A stretch of 64,000 bases of DNA from an uncultured Chloroflexia bacterium (GCA_963748625.1 CAVVJT010000010.1:64001-128000); one strand, 5' to 3'; numbered from the stretch's first letter, positions 1 to 11,773 are shown. The notes: generated by a model from the letters alone, not told the origin. A program made the numbers and translations.

Positions 1-1644
<1,644 letters not shown>

Positions 1645-1685
1645 GTCCCTGCCTTGACGACGCTCGTCGCGTTCCGGTTCCGCCG

Positions 1686-2549
1686 TCAGGCGATCCGCTG
1701 GGCCCGGCGGCCCGCATACCGCAGGCCGAGGAGCACGAGGCCCGCCAGCAGGGCGACAAGCGACACCAGGCCGACGACGGGCACCGGCGACGTGGAGGCG
1801 GGATCTGCCGCCTCCTCGTACGGGTCGGCCGCCCGGGCGACCGGCTGCCCGTCCTCGCCAGTGGCACCTTCGGTGGTGCCTTCGGTCGTGCCGTTCGCCC
1901 CGCCTGCAGCACCGGCGACACCGGTCGCGAACGCGGGCTCCCCGGTGGGCTCCGGGACCGACATCGGCATGGCGACCCCCGGATCCTCGGATGCGGCGGC
2001 GGCCGGCACCTCGGCTGGAGCCTGCGACGCGTCGGCGTCGACGGGAGGCAGGCCGACCTTCTCCTGCTCCACGCCGGAGGCCGCGGGCGCCTGCATCGCG
2101 ACCGCTCCCCCGCCCGAGGCCTGGTCGGCCGGCATGGCGGTGGCGCCGCCGAGGGGGATGCCCGAGGCGCCCGCGACGAGGATGCCGGTGAGGCCCAGGG
2201 TGGCGAGGCCGGTGCCCAGAGGCTTGGCGAAGCCGAACGACGGGCCCGCGAACGGGGCGAGGAGGCGGCGCCAGCCGGTGGGCGTGAGCGAGGCCGCCTG
2301 GTCGGGCGTGAGGCGGAAGTCGCGGGGACGCGGGGCGGGCGCGGTGGTGGCGGGCAGGGCGAGCGCGATCGCACGCAGGTCGTGGTGGAGGGCGGCGCAT
2401 GCCTCGCAGGTGGCCACCAGGGCCGAGGCCGCGGTCAGCTCCCCGCCCGTCGCGTCACCCGCGGCGTAGGCGGCGATCGCGAGCGGGTCGTGCGTGGCGT
2501 GGGCGGCGGCGGCGGGCGGCATCGGGTTCGGGGTCAGGGTCGGCATCAC
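1686..2549 (-). CDS. Putative zinc-binding anti-sigma factor, copy 1
   Basis: GTG start overlaps the sigma stop (GTGA); HATHD...CEAC motif, TM, Ala/Glu/Pro-rich region, C-terminal TM with basic tail. Confidence 0.75.
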   Translation of the reverse strand: MMPTLTPNPMPPAAAAHATHDPLAIAAYAAGDATGGELTAASALVATCEACAALHHDLRAIALALPATTAPAPRPRDFRLTPDQAASLTPTGWRRLLAPFAGPSFGFAKPLGTGLATLGLTGILVAGASGIPLGGATAMPADQASGGGAVAMQAPAASGVEQEKVGLPPVDADASQAPAEVPAAAASEDPGVAMPMSVPEPTGEPAFATGVAGAAGGANGTTEGTTEGATGEDGQPVARAADPYEEAADPASTSPVPVVGLVSLVALLAGLVLLGLRYAGRRAQRIA

Positions 2550-3214
2550 GCGCCCTCGCCCCGGAACAACGAGATCGACCCCTCGAGCCGGTCTCGCAGC
2601 GCAAGCCGCCCACGGTGGATGCGCGACTTCACCGTGCCGAGGGACACTCCGGTCATCTCGGCGATCTCGGCGTAGTCGTAGCCCTCCACGTCGAACAGGA
2701 CGATCGCATGGCGCTGGTCGGCCGTGATGGCCGCGAGGGCCGTGTTGAGGACCCGGGTGCGCTCGCCCTGCATCGCGGTCTGGACAGGGTCCGCGTCCTC
2801 GGGCGCAGGAGGCTGCCAGCTCTCGTCCTCGAATTCGGGGTACGGCTGGGCCGGGCGCCGCTTCTTGTACCGCTGCTGGTCCATGGCCGCGTTGATCGCG
2901 ATCCGGCTCAGCCAGGAGCGGACCGAGCCGCCCCGGAAGGAGCGCATGTTGCGGTAGGCGGAGAAGAACGCCTCCTGGACCGCATCAGCCGCCTGGTCCC
3001 GGTCGGGCACCATGCGCGCGACGAGCGACCAGAGGTGGTCCTGGTAGGCCTCGACCAACTGGTTGAACGCGTCGAGACTGCCGTCCCTGGCCTGCTCGAG
3101 CAGGATCAGGTCACGGCGCTGGATGGGATCGTCAGCGGCGTCCGAGCGCCGGGCGTCCTCCACGACGGGCGCAACCCTCCCTGCGGCAATGCTGAGGCGG
3201 GGCGAGTCTAGCAT
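2546..3214 (-). CDS. ECF (sigma-70 group 4) RNA polymerase sigma factor
   Basis: Region 2 (AFNQLVEAYQ...DAVQEAFFSAYR...SWLSRIAINAAMD) and region 4 (LFDVEGYDYAEIAEMTGVSLGTVKSRIHRGR). Start uncertain: 3214 or 3295. Confidence 0.93.
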   Translation of the reverse strand: MLDSPRLSIAAGRVAPVVEDARRSDAADDPIQRRDLILLEQARDGSLDAFNQLVEAYQDHLWSLVARMVPDRDQAADAVQEAFFSAYRNMRSFRGGSVRSWLSRIAINAAMDQQRYKKRRPAQPYPEFEDESWQPPAPEDADPVQTAMQGERTRVLNTALAAITADQRHAIVLFDVEGYDYAEIAEMTGVSLGTVKSRIHRGRLALRDRLEGSISLFRGEGA

Positions 3215-3335
3215 CGGGGTCGCGTCGGCTTCGGTGGGACGGTCGGCACAGGCATCGCGGTCCAGACGCCGGTCCGCGCCTGCCGGTTCCTGCACCGGCC
3301 GGACCGCGGCCGCATGGGCTACGATCAGGCCGCCC

Positions 3336-3421
3336 GGCGAAGTGGCGGAATGGCAGACGCGGCGGTCTCAAACACCGCTTCCCGCAAGGGAGTGTGGGTT
3401 CGAATCCCACCTTCGCTACCA
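3336..3421 (+). tRNA. tRNA-Leu (CAA), long variable arm, encoded CCA
   Basis: Acceptor GGCGAAG/CTTCGCT, anticodon arm GCGGT-CTCAAAC-ACCGC, variable arm TCCC-GCAA-GGGA, T arm GTGGG-TTCGAAT-CCCAC, discriminator A plus CCA; TACGAT -10-like box at 3320-3325. Confidence 0.97.
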
Positions 3422-3473
3422 GGTGCTCCCGATCACGTACTTCGACGGTGTCGAAGAGACGGTCGGGCCGACG

Positions 3474-4808
3474 TCATCTGCTCACCCCCGGCGGCGTGGT
3501 GGTGTGGCTCTCCTCGGCGATGCAGTCCAGGAACGCGACGAGCTTCATGAGGTTCGCCGGGTCCTCGTAGAGACGCTGGATCGGGAAGCGCGGCCACCCG
3601 TTGACCTGGCGGTGGTGGACATGGACGCCGTCAAGCTCGTTGAGCAGCTTGCGCAACCGCTCGCGGCCGGGCCTCTCGTCAAACGGCGGGCAGCGCATGC
3701 CGCCAAGCCAGACGACGACCGCGCCATCGGCGTGGATCGAGAGCGACATCTGCGAGCCACGGGGCTCGGCCTGGATATCGACCGGGAACAGGAGCTCTGG
3801 CTCCGCGGTGGTGCCGTTGGTCGGGAAGCGCGTGAGGACCTTGGCGGTCACGCCGGTCTTCGATGCCAGCTCGCGCTCCTTCTGCTCGGCCCAGGACACG
3901 AGCGCCTCCACCACGCCCCGGGCCGCGGGGCCGTGCCGCCGGCCGATCTCGACCGCGAAGGACTCCTCGTCCCAGCAGTGCGGCGTGACCTCCGTTGAGA
4001 GCTCGAGGTCCAGGACGAGCGGCACGTGGTCGGATAGCCCGCCCTCCACGCCCGACGTGTCCACGGTGAGCGCCGTCACCTGCGGGGCCAACGCGGGCGA
4101 CACATAGAGGTGGTCCAGCTCGCTGCGACCCCAGGTCCCGATGTGGCCGCAGCCCTCGTCGCCCTTCCCGCACGAGCAGTCAGCAGCGGGCGTCGGGGGT
4201 GCGGCGACCAGGGTCTTGGCCTCCACGAGGCCGAGCGAGGTCACCGCGGCCAGCAGCGCGTCCGCTCGGGCGAGGTACCTCGCGTCCTTGCTGGACTGGG
4301 TGACGTTGAGGTCCCCGCCCAGGATGACCCGCGCCCCGTCGGGCGAGTCGAACAGCGGCAGCAGGTCGGCGACGATCCGGTGCATCGACGAGAGTGCGGA
4401 CCCCTCGAACACGCCGTACACCGAGACGAAGGTGATGGGCTGGATCCCGGGCACGGTCACGCGCGCGACGGCGGTCGAGCCGGGATGCGCGGCATCAAGC
4501 AGGTAGCGGCGCTTGGACCACGGGTTCCGCACGGACCTGATGGGCTCGATGACGATCGTGTCATCGAGGGTGACCACCGCAGACCCCCAGTTGCGGTGTC
4601 CGGCCAGCTCTCCGTACACAGCCCGTTCGCGAGAAGTGCCGGCTGGAGGCACGGCCTCCTGGACGAGCGCCACCTGGGCGCCGATTCCCTTCTCGAGGTG
4701 GGCCCAGGCACCGTACCGGGTGTCGACCGGCAGCAGCGGCTGGCGCCAGTGGTTCAGGTTCCAGGTCGCGACCCGGAGGGGCGCTATCGACGCTCCTGCA
4801 TTACTCAC
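3474..4808 (-). CDS. Endonuclease/exonuclease/phosphatase (EEP) domain fused to a ~170-aa uncharacterised C-terminal domain
   Basis: EEP motifs ATWNL, LVQE, ILGGDLN, LDHLYVS, SDHVP; extra domain WDEESF...PPFDE...LNELDGV...PRFPI. Confidence 0.85.
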   Translation of the reverse strand: MSNAGASIAPLRVATWNLNHWRQPLLPVDTRYGAWAHLEKGIGAQVALVQEAVPPAGTSRERAVYGELAGHRNWGSAVVTLDDTIVIEPIRSVRNPWSKRRYLLDAAHPGSTAVARVTVPGIQPITFVSVYGVFEGSALSSMHRIVADLLPLFDSPDGARVILGGDLNVTQSSKDARYLARADALLAAVTSLGLVEAKTLVAAPPTPAADCSCGKGDEGCGHIGTWGRSELDHLYVSPALAPQVTALTVDTSGVEGGLSDHVPLVLDLELSTEVTPHCWDEESFAVEIGRRHGPAARGVVEALVSWAEQKERELASKTGVTAKVLTRFPTNGTTAEPELLFPVDIQAEPRGSQMSLSIHADGAVVVWLGGMRCPPFDERPGRERLRKLLNELDGVHVHHRQVNGWPRFPIQRLYEDPANLMKLVAFLDCIAEESHTTTPPGVSR

Positions 4809-4830
4809 ACCTGGATCATCGGTGCGGACT

Positions 4831-4848
4831 GTGACAACAGCCTGTCAC
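4831..4848. promoter_or_regulatory. Candidate operator palindrome GTGACA-N6-TGTCAC between divergent genes
   Basis: Perfect 6-bp inverted repeat about 23 bp upstream of the EEP start. Confidence 0.4.
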
Positions 4849-5000
4849 TCTGAAGGAGTCCGATCGTCAGTCCTCGAACACCGACCCGGCGAGCGAAGGC
4901 CCGCTCTCACCGTCGAGGGGCCGTTCTCCTCTCGCCACAACGGAGACAGGGGCCTACCGTGGCCGCGGGCCGGGTCCGGCGGAGGCCCTGGGAGAGTCCG

Positions 5001-6023
5001 ATGCGCGCACGGCGTCGATGGATTGCGGCGGGGCTGGGGGTCATCCTGTCCCTCGGCGTTCTCGCGTATGCCGGCGTGAGCCATGATGGCTACAACCAGC
5101 TGGCGGCTGTCACCGCCGATTGCGGCGGCCGGTTCCCGGACGACACACCGGCGGCCTTCGGAACCGAGGGCATCGATCCGGCGTTCACGGCGGGCGGCTT
5201 CGACACGAGGCCGTATGCGATGCCTGGCTACGAGGAGGTCGACTTCCCGAGCCGTGACGCGCGCAATCCGCGGCTGACCGTCCGGGCCTCGTGGGTCCCG
5301 GCCGAGGAGGCCGTTTCGCCGGCGGTCATCGTCATCCATGGCCGGAACAGCTGCCGTCACGACCCGGTCGTCCTGCTGCCGGCGGGGATGCTCGCCCGTC
5401 ATGGCTTCTCGGTCCTGATGATGGACCTGCGCGACCACGGCAACTCGGACACCGAGGACGGGCGCTCGGCCTGGGGCTCCGAGGAGTATCTCGACATCCT
5501 CGGGGCGTGGGACTGGCTCCAGTCAGCGCAGGGCCTCGAGGCGAGCCAGATCGGGCTGCTGGGCGAATTGCTCGGGGCATCCTCGGCCATCATCGCGATG
5601 GGCGAGGAGCAGGCGATCGCTGCCACGTGGGCGGACAGCGGCTTCGCCGATCTCGAGGTCCTGTTCGACGAGCGCATCGCCCGGGAAGGCTTCCCGACGT
5701 GGCTTCGTCCGGGCGTGATCGCGTGGGCTAGGATCATCGCGCAGGACGACCTGCTCGCACACCGCCCCCTGGACGAGATCGGGAGGATCGGGGCGAGGCC
5801 GCTGGCGATCGTCCATGGGCTCGCCGATCTCGACCTCGATGTGCACCACGCGGAGGATCTGGCGGCCGCACACGCGGCGTTCGTCCCAGGATACGAGCCC
5901 TGGCTCGTCCCCCGGGCGCTCCACCTCCAGGCCGCGTTCGCCGCACCGGACGAGTACGAGCGACGGATCGTCGAGTTCTTCCGGGCAGGCCTCGGGGCCG
6001 ACAGCGCCACCCGGGGCGGCTGA
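5001..6023 (+). CDS. Membrane-anchored alpha/beta hydrolase; nucleophile position reads Leu
   Basis: N-terminal TM, VIHG, DLRDHGNS, elbow GELLG (GxSxG expected), IVHGLAD, C-terminal His. Confidence 0.85.
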   Translation: MRARRRWIAAGLGVILSLGVLAYAGVSHDGYNQLAAVTADCGGRFPDDTPAAFGTEGIDPAFTAGGFDTRPYAMPGYEEVDFPSRDARNPRLTVRASWVPAEEAVSPAVIVIHGRNSCRHDPVVLLPAGMLARHGFSVLMMDLRDHGNSDTEDGRSAWGSEEYLDILGAWDWLQSAQGLEASQIGLLGELLGASSAIIAMGEEQAIAATWADSGFADLEVLFDERIAREGFPTWLRPGVIAWARIIAQDDLLAHRPLDEIGRIGARPLAIVHGLADLDLDVHHAEDLAAAHAAFVPGYEPWLVPRALHLQAAFAAPDEYERRIVEFFRAGLGADSATRGG

Positions 6024-6031
6024 CCCCGACG

Positions 6032-7015
6032 TCAGGCGGTCGGCGCCGCCCTCCAGGTGTCGTCGAGCCAGCGGGCGCGCGTCATCTCGTTGAACACCAG
6101 GTTCGCGATGAGAGCGGCCTGCCCGGTGCCGGGTCCGGCCATGCCCACCACGTCGGCGGTGAGAAAGGCGACGTGGTTGAGCTCGCCCTCCGGGCCCTTG
6201 AGCCACGCGCCCAGCGAGTGCATGTCCACGGGCTCGAGGAGCTCGCGGCGGTTGAGGTCATTGGCGTACATCGCGAGCGACGCGACGTCCGGGATCTCCG
6301 GAGCCACGAGCATCACGAACAGGCCGTTGCCGAAGCCCGGGTGCTCTGCTGTGTTGAGGACGAGGGTGAACGAGCCGGCGAGGTGCTCGGCAGCCAGGCG
6401 GACCGCGAGCGACTCGCCCTCCGCGCGAGCGGCGATCCCCTGCTCCGTGAGCCTGGCGGCAGCGGCGGCGAAGGCGTCGGGTCCGAGGGGATTCGGCTGC
6501 TGGCCTTTGGCCTGGACAGCGTTGACAACCCCGATCATGTCGTCGGGCTCGGGACGCCGGCCGGAGACTGGGTGGCCGGCCAGGTCGGGCGTGCCGAGCA
6601 TGTCGAACGCGGCGCGCTCGAGGCCGTGGGGCACCGCCACCTGGAGCACGCCGCCCACGGCGAAGATGCCGCGCAGCCAGCGCTCGTTCCCTTCGTGGAA
6701 GCAGGCTGCCGTACCGGTGAAGAAGGCACGCTCATCCGGGTCGAAGACCATCGCGCTGTAGCTCGCCTGGACGTTGGCGCCGAACAGGATCAACTCGATG
6801 GGCGCGTCCTCGGGGGCGCCGCTGGAGATGGGCGTCACCGCGACCAAGCGGGTGATGTCGGCGCCGTAACTGCGTCGCGACGGCGCCGCCGTCACGGTCT
6901 GGCGGAAGGCGTACGGCCACCACGTGAGCGTCCGGTCCTCGCGGACCAGCCACGGCGCATCCATCTGGCAGGTCTCGCGGTACCACTCGAGGAGCTCGGG
7001 TCCGAGGTCGTGCAT
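6032..7015 (-). CDS. Hypothetical protein (327 aa)
   Basis: Globular composition and GC3-biased codons; TAGCCT-N6-ATG upstream. Confidence 0.75.
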   Translation of the reverse strand: MHDLGPELLEWYRETCQMDAPWLVREDRTLTWWPYAFRQTVTAAPSRRSYGADITRLVAVTPISSGAPEDAPIELILFGANVQASYSAMVFDPDERAFFTGTAACFHEGNERWLRGIFAVGGVLQVAVPHGLERAAFDMLGTPDLAGHPVSGRRPEPDDMIGVVNAVQAKGQQPNPLGPDAFAAAAARLTEQGIAARAEGESLAVRLAAEHLAGSFTLVLNTAEHPGFGNGLFVMLVAPEIPDVASLAMYANDLNRRELLEPVDMHSLGAWLKGPEGELNHVAFLTADVVGMAGPGTGQAALIANLVFNEMTRARWLDDTWRAAPTA

Positions 7016-7099
7016 GCCGTCAGGCTACCCTCCGGGCGGACAGCCGGTAGACTCGGCCGCCACGCCGTTTCCATCGACCATCCCAGCCGGAGCACCCAG

Positions 7100-7675
7100 A
7101 TGGCTTTCCTCCGCCGCGTCCTCAACCTCGACCAGCCGGACTCGTCCCAGGTGCCGGTCGATCCAGACAAGCCGCTGCCGCCCGCCGACGCTGCGGACAC
7201 CGAGAGTGTCCGGGTGCTGCAGGTCCGTCTCGAGGCCTACCCGCCGGCGCGCGCCCGCTACATCGCGGCCTTCGCGTACCTCCTGGGCCGTGCCGCCAAC
7301 GCCACCGGCGGCATGAGCGACATGGAGCGCGCCGAGATCCTCAAGATCGCCGAGGCGGGCGGGCTGGAGCCTGCGACCGCGCCGATGGTCGTCGATCTTG
7401 CCGCCACCCTGTCGGGCGAGTTCGGGGCGACCGAGGATTTCCTCGTCACGCGCGAGTTCAAGGCCATCTCGACGATGGAGGAGCGCGAACGCCTGCTGCG
7501 CTGCTGCTTCATGGTGATGGCGGCCGATGACGAGATCGACGCGACCGAGTCCTGGCTGGTGAACCGCATGGCCGAGGAGCTCGACGTGGAGCGCCCGGAC
7601 CTCAACGCGATCCGCGCGGAGTTCCACGAGCAGCTCTCGGGCATCAAGGCACTCCGGGCCGAGACCGCAAGCTGA
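7100..7675 (+). CDS. TerB/DjlA-like domain protein
   Basis: LGRAANATGGMSDMER...LLRCCFMVMAADDEIDATESWLVNRMAEEL pattern; ATG at 7100 lies in the frame of ORF 6173..7675. Confidence 0.75.
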   Translation: MAFLRRVLNLDQPDSSQVPVDPDKPLPPADAADTESVRVLQVRLEAYPPARARYIAAFAYLLGRAANATGGMSDMERAEILKIAEAGGLEPATAPMVVDLAATLSGEFGATEDFLVTREFKAISTMEERERLLRCCFMVMAADDEIDATESWLVNRMAEELDVERPDLNAIRAEFHEQLSGIKALRAETAS

Positions 7676-7720
7676 CGGGACCCGGGCCCAAGCGGTGCCG
7701 GGCGGCCGTCCCCTTGCTGC

Positions 7721-10700
7721 TCAGGCGAGCTGGAGCTCAATGACGCCGTCGCCCACGCGGCGGAGCACCTCGGCAATGAGGTCCGAGTCGTAGGCGACGC
7801 CGCGCAACTCCATCGGCAGGGCGGCACCGCCGGGTGCCGGGACGTGGACCACGACACGCGTGGCTCCAGGGTGCTCGCGCAGGACGGACTTGAAAGCGTG
7901 CATCGCGCTGACGACCCGATCGGCGCCTGCCTCGCGGGCGAAGCGGACGTTCAGGACGGCGCCGGGGGCCGCCTCGATCGGGCGTGACGGGGCCTGCGCT
8001 GCGGCCACGGCGCGCGACCGGGCCTCGTCGGGGAGCGACGGCTCCTCGGACGCCTCCGTGCCCGCGACGTCGGCGCTGGCGCTGGCACCCGGGGGCTCCA
8101 CGTAGGTGGGGACGGGCTCGCCCGGGCGCACTGCGGGAAGCGCGGTGCCGTTGCTGCCATTCGAGCCGCTGGCGGATCGGCCATTGCCGTTGAAGCCGCC
8201 CTTCGGGCGCCCGCCGTTGCCCCCGTTCGACCCGCCGGCGTACCCGCCGCCAGGCCCGCCTGGGCCTCGTCGGGGGCGCTTGTCGAGCGAGCCCACCTCG
8301 CGGGCGAACTCCTCCGGTCCGCGCTCCGACACCTGGTCCCAGTCCCACACGGAGTCGGCGAGCAGCGACGCCTCGTCGCCACGGTGGTCCACCCGCCCGG
8401 CGACCAGCAGGATGGAGCCCTCCGACCACATCCCCATCGTCTGCTCGTAGGTCTTGGGGAAGACGACGATCTCGATCGTGCCCTGGAGATCCTCGATGGT
8501 GACGACAGCCATCGTGGACCTGCTCTTCGTGATCACCGTGCGCGAGCCGGTGACGATGCCGCCGAGCACCACGCGCTGGCCGTCGAGCGACTCGTCCTTC
8601 ATGTCGCCCGAGTAGGCGGTCACGTACAGGCCGACCTTCTCCGCCACCTCGCCCATCGGGTGATCGGAGAGGTACAGCCCCATGAGCTCCTTCTCCCAGC
8701 GGAGGCGCTCGCGGACGGGCGTCTCAGGTGTCGCCGGGAGCGGCCTCTCCAGGGCCGCGGCGTCGTCGCCGCCCATGTCGAACAGGGAGAACTGGCCGCT
8801 GATCCGGTCGCGCTGGGCCGCCTGGCCGGCAGCGAGCGCATCGTCGAGCCCCAGGAGCACCTGGGCCGGGTGGCCGAACCCGTTGAGCGCCCCAACCTTC
8901 GCCAGCGACTCGAGGACCTTGCGGTTGGTGAGCCGGATGTCCACGCGGGAGCAGAAGTCCGTGAGGGACCGGAACTCGCCGCCGGCCTCGCGCTGGTCGA
9001 TGATCGACTGGATCGCGCCCTCACCCACGTTCTTCACCGCCAGCAGGCCGAAGCGGATGGCCTCACCTTCGACCGTGAAGCCCAGGTGGCTCTGGTGCAC
9101 GTCCGGGGTCCGCACGTCGATGCCCAGGCGCCGGCACTCGGCGATCGCGGCGGCCACCTTCTCGGCGTTGTCCCGGAACGCGGTGAGCACCGAGGTCATG
9201 TACTCGACGGTGTAGTTCGCCTTGAGGTAGGCAGTCTGGTAGGCGATGAGCCCGTAGCAGGTGGCGTGGGCCTTGTTGAACCCGTACCGCTCGAACGGCT
9301 CGAAGGCCTTGAACACCGCGTCGATCGTCTCGGCCCGGACCCCGCGCTGCGCCGCCCGTTCGACGAAGGTCTCCTTCATCGAGCGCAGCACCGACGACTT
9401 CTTCTTGCGGATCGCGTAGCCGAGCATGTCGGCCTCGGGGCCGGAGAAGCCGCCCAGGGCGACCGCGGCCGACATGATGTCCTCCTGGTAGACGAAGACG
9501 CCGTACGTCCGCTCCAGGAACGGCTCCAGCAGGGGGTGGAGGTACTCGACCTTCTCCTGGCCGAGCTTGCGCCGGATATAGGTGGGGATGTTGTCCATCG
9601 GCCCCGGGCGGTAGAGGGCCACCATCGCCGCGAGGTCGTAGACGGTGGAGGGCTGCAGCTCGCGGATGTAGCGGCGCATCCCCGCCGACTCGAGCTGGAA
9701 CACGCCGGTGGTCTCGCCTGAGGCCAGCAACTGGAAGGTCTTCGGGTCGTCGAGCGGGATCCGGTCGAGGTCCACGAAGACGCCCCGGTGCTCCCCGATG
9801 AGCTCCACGGCCTTGCGCAGGATCGTGAGGTTCGACAGGCCCAGGAAGTCGAACTTGAGCAGGCCCAGCGCCTCGATGGCGTGCATCTCGTACTGGGTCA
9901 TGAGCGCGTCGGAGTTGGTCGCCTTCTGGAGCGGCATCAGCTCGGTGAGGGGCTCGCGCGAGATCACGACACCCGCGGCGTGGGTGGACGCGTTCCGGGC
10001 GACACCCTCGAGCTGCTGTGCGAACCCGATCAGCTTGTTGACCTGGGGGTCCGCGTCGTACATCTCCCGCAGCGTCGGGCTGGTCTCCAGCGCCTCGGAG
10101 AGCTTGATGCCCAGCTGGTTGGGGACAGCCTTCGCGATCTTGTCCACGTCGCCGTAGCCCATGCCCATCACCCGTCCGACGTCGCGGATGGCCGCGCGGG
10201 CGAGCATCGTGCCGAAGGTGATGATCTGGGCGACGTGGTCCTGGCCGTACTTGCGGCTGACGTAGTTGATGACCTCGTCGCGGCGCTCGTCCTCGAAGTC
10301 GATGTCGATATCGGGCATCGTCACGCGGTCCGGGTTGAGGAACCGCTCGAACGGGAGGCCGTAGTGGAGCGGGTCCACCGGCGTGATGCCCAGGGTGTAG
10401 GTCACGATCGAACCCGGCGCCGAGCCTCGGCAGGAGGTGGCGATTCCCTGGCTCCGGGCGTAGTTCACGAAGTCGGCCACGATGAGGAAGTACCCCGCAT
10501 ACCCCATCGAGATGATGACGCCCAGCTCGTAGTCCAGGCGTTCCCGAAGGGCCGGGGTGATCTCGCCGTAGCGGCGGACCAGGCCCTGCTCGCACTCCTT
10601 GCGCAGCCAGGACTCGACGGTCTCGCCATCGGGCACCGGGAAGTGCGGGATGCGCAGCTCGCCCAGGGGGAGCTTGAGATCGACCATCTCGGCCACGAGC

Positions 10701-11509
10701 CGCGTGTTGAGGATCGCCTGGCGCTGGTCCGGGAACAGGCGGAACATCTCCTCGGCGGTCTTGAGGTAGAAGTCCGGTCCCTCGAAGCGCATCCGGTTCG
10801 GCGCGTCGAGGTTGTTGCCCGTCCCCACGCAGAGGAGCACGTCGTGCGCCTCGTGCTGCTCCGGGTGCACGTAGTGCAGGTCGTTCGTGACGATGAGCGG
10901 AAGGCCGGTCTCGGGGGCGAGCCTGAGGAGCTGCTCGTTGAGGACGCGCTGCTCGGGGATCTTGTGGTCCTGCAGCTCGAGGAAGAAGCGGCCCTTGCCC
11001 AGGATGTCCTCGTAGTCCTTGGCGATGGTCTTTGCGAGGTCCCAGTCGCCCGTCTCCAAGGCCTTCGGGACCTCGCCGCCCAGGCAGGCACTCATGCCCA
11101 CGAGGCCCTGACTGTACTTGGCGAGGTGCTCGCGGTCGATGCGCGGCTTGTAATAGTAGCCGTCGATGTGGGCGTCCGTGATCAACCGGTTGAGGTTCTG
11201 GTAGCCGGTCATGTCCGTCGCGAGCAGCACCAGGTGGTAGGGCTGTGCGTCGAACTTGGCTTCCTTGTCGCGCATCGTGCGGCGGGCCACGTAGGTCTCG
11301 ACCCCGATGATCGGCTTGATGCCCGCCTTCGTTGCCGCCTGGTAGAAGGCGACCGCCCCATACAGGGCACCGTGGTCGGTGATCGCGAGGCTGTCGAACC
11401 CATGCCTCACGCTCGTGTCGACGAGGTCGCTGATGCGCCCCAGCCCGTCGAGCAGGCTGAACTCCGAGTGGGTGTGGAGGTGGACGAAGTCGTTCGGGGC
11501 GATGGACAT
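7721..11509 (-). CDS. dnaE: DNA polymerase III alpha subunit
   Basis: PHP motif FVHLHTHSEFSLLDG, RGSAPGS, FERFLNPDRVTMPDIDIDF, YGFNKAHA, clamp motif QFSLF, OB fold; Gly/Asn-rich linker near the C-terminus. Confidence 0.99.
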   Translation of the reverse strand: MSIAPNDFVHLHTHSEFSLLDGLGRISDLVDTSVRHGFDSLAITDHGALYGAVAFYQAATKAGIKPIIGVETYVARRTMRDKEAKFDAQPYHLVLLATDMTGYQNLNRLITDAHIDGYYYKPRIDREHLAKYSQGLVGMSACLGGEVPKALETGDWDLAKTIAKDYEDILGKGRFFLELQDHKIPEQRVLNEQLLRLAPETGLPLIVTNDLHYVHPEQHEAHDVLLCVGTGNNLDAPNRMRFEGPDFYLKTAEEMFRLFPDQRQAILNTRLVAEMVDLKLPLGELRIPHFPVPDGETVESWLRKECEQGLVRRYGEITPALRERLDYELGVIISMGYAGYFLIVADFVNYARSQGIATSCRGSAPGSIVTYTLGITPVDPLHYGLPFERFLNPDRVTMPDIDIDFEDERRDEVINYVSRKYGQDHVAQIITFGTMLARAAIRDVGRVMGMGYGDVDKIAKAVPNQLGIKLSEALETSPTLREMYDADPQVNKLIGFAQQLEGVARNASTHAAGVVISREPLTELMPLQKATNSDALMTQYEMHAIEALGLLKFDFLGLSNLTILRKAVELIGEHRGVFVDLDRIPLDDPKTFQLLASGETTGVFQLESAGMRRYIRELQPSTVYDLAAMVALYRPGPMDNIPTYIRRKLGQEKVEYLHPLLEPFLERTYGVFVYQEDIMSAAVALGGFSGPEADMLGYAIRKKKSSVLRSMKETFVERAAQRGVRAETIDAVFKAFEPFERYGFNKAHATCYGLIAYQTAYLKANYTVEYMTSVLTAFRDNAEKVAAAIAECRRLGIDVRTPDVHQSHLGFTVEGEAIRFGLLAVKNVGEGAIQSIIDQREAGGEFRSLTDFCSRVDIRLTNRKVLESLAKVGALNGFGHPAQVLLGLDDALAAGQAAQRDRISGQFSLFDMGGDDAAALERPLPATPETPVRERLRWEKELMGLYLSDHPMGEVAEKVGLYVTAYSGDMKDESLDGQRVVLGGIVTGSRTVITKSRSTMAVVTIEDLQGTIEIVVFPKTYEQTMGMWSEGSILLVAGRVDHRGDEASLLADSVWDWDQVSERGPEEFAREVGSLDKRPRRGPGGPGGGYAGGSNGGNGGRPKGGFNGNGRSASGSNGSNGTALPAVRPGEPVPTYVEPPGASASADVAGTEASEEPSLPDEARSRAVAAAQAPSRPIEAAPGAVLNVRFAREAGADRVVSAMHAFKSVLREHPGATRVVVHVPAPGGAALPMELRGVAYDSDLIAEVLRRVGDGVIELQLA

Positions 11510-11637
11510 CAGGGGGTCAATCGTACCCGCCGGGCAGCTTCGGGGTCGGTGGCGTGAGGGTTGCGATCCCCCGATCGGGCGGGCGCCAGCGGCCGATCCT
11601 GTCTCGCGCGCCGGTCCCGGGTGCCGGGTGACTGAGG

Positions 11638-11767
11638 GTCAACGAAACCCAGCATTCGACGCCGTGGCGGCCTCCGATGCGCGGTTCCGTGGCCTCCGGG
11701 TCAACAGGAGCCCGCAAACAGGCTGCTGACGGCCTCGCGCCGGGCCAATACGCGGGTTCTCGTTGAC
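11638..11767. repeat. 130-bp palindromic (REP/MITE-like) element with imperfect terminal inverted repeats
   Basis: GTCAACGAAACCC (11638) vs GGGTTCTCGTTGAC (11754-11767); a third related motif GTCAACAGGAGCCC at 11700. Confidence 0.6.
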
Positions 11768-11773
11768 TACCAG

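Noticed and set aside
3336-7700. Integrative element at tRNA-Leu
   Set aside because: No integrase, and I saw no second copy of the tRNA 3' end (attR) in the window.
7900-8290. Intein or extra domain in DnaE
   Set aside because: A low-complexity Gly/Asn/Pro linker with no intein splice motifs.
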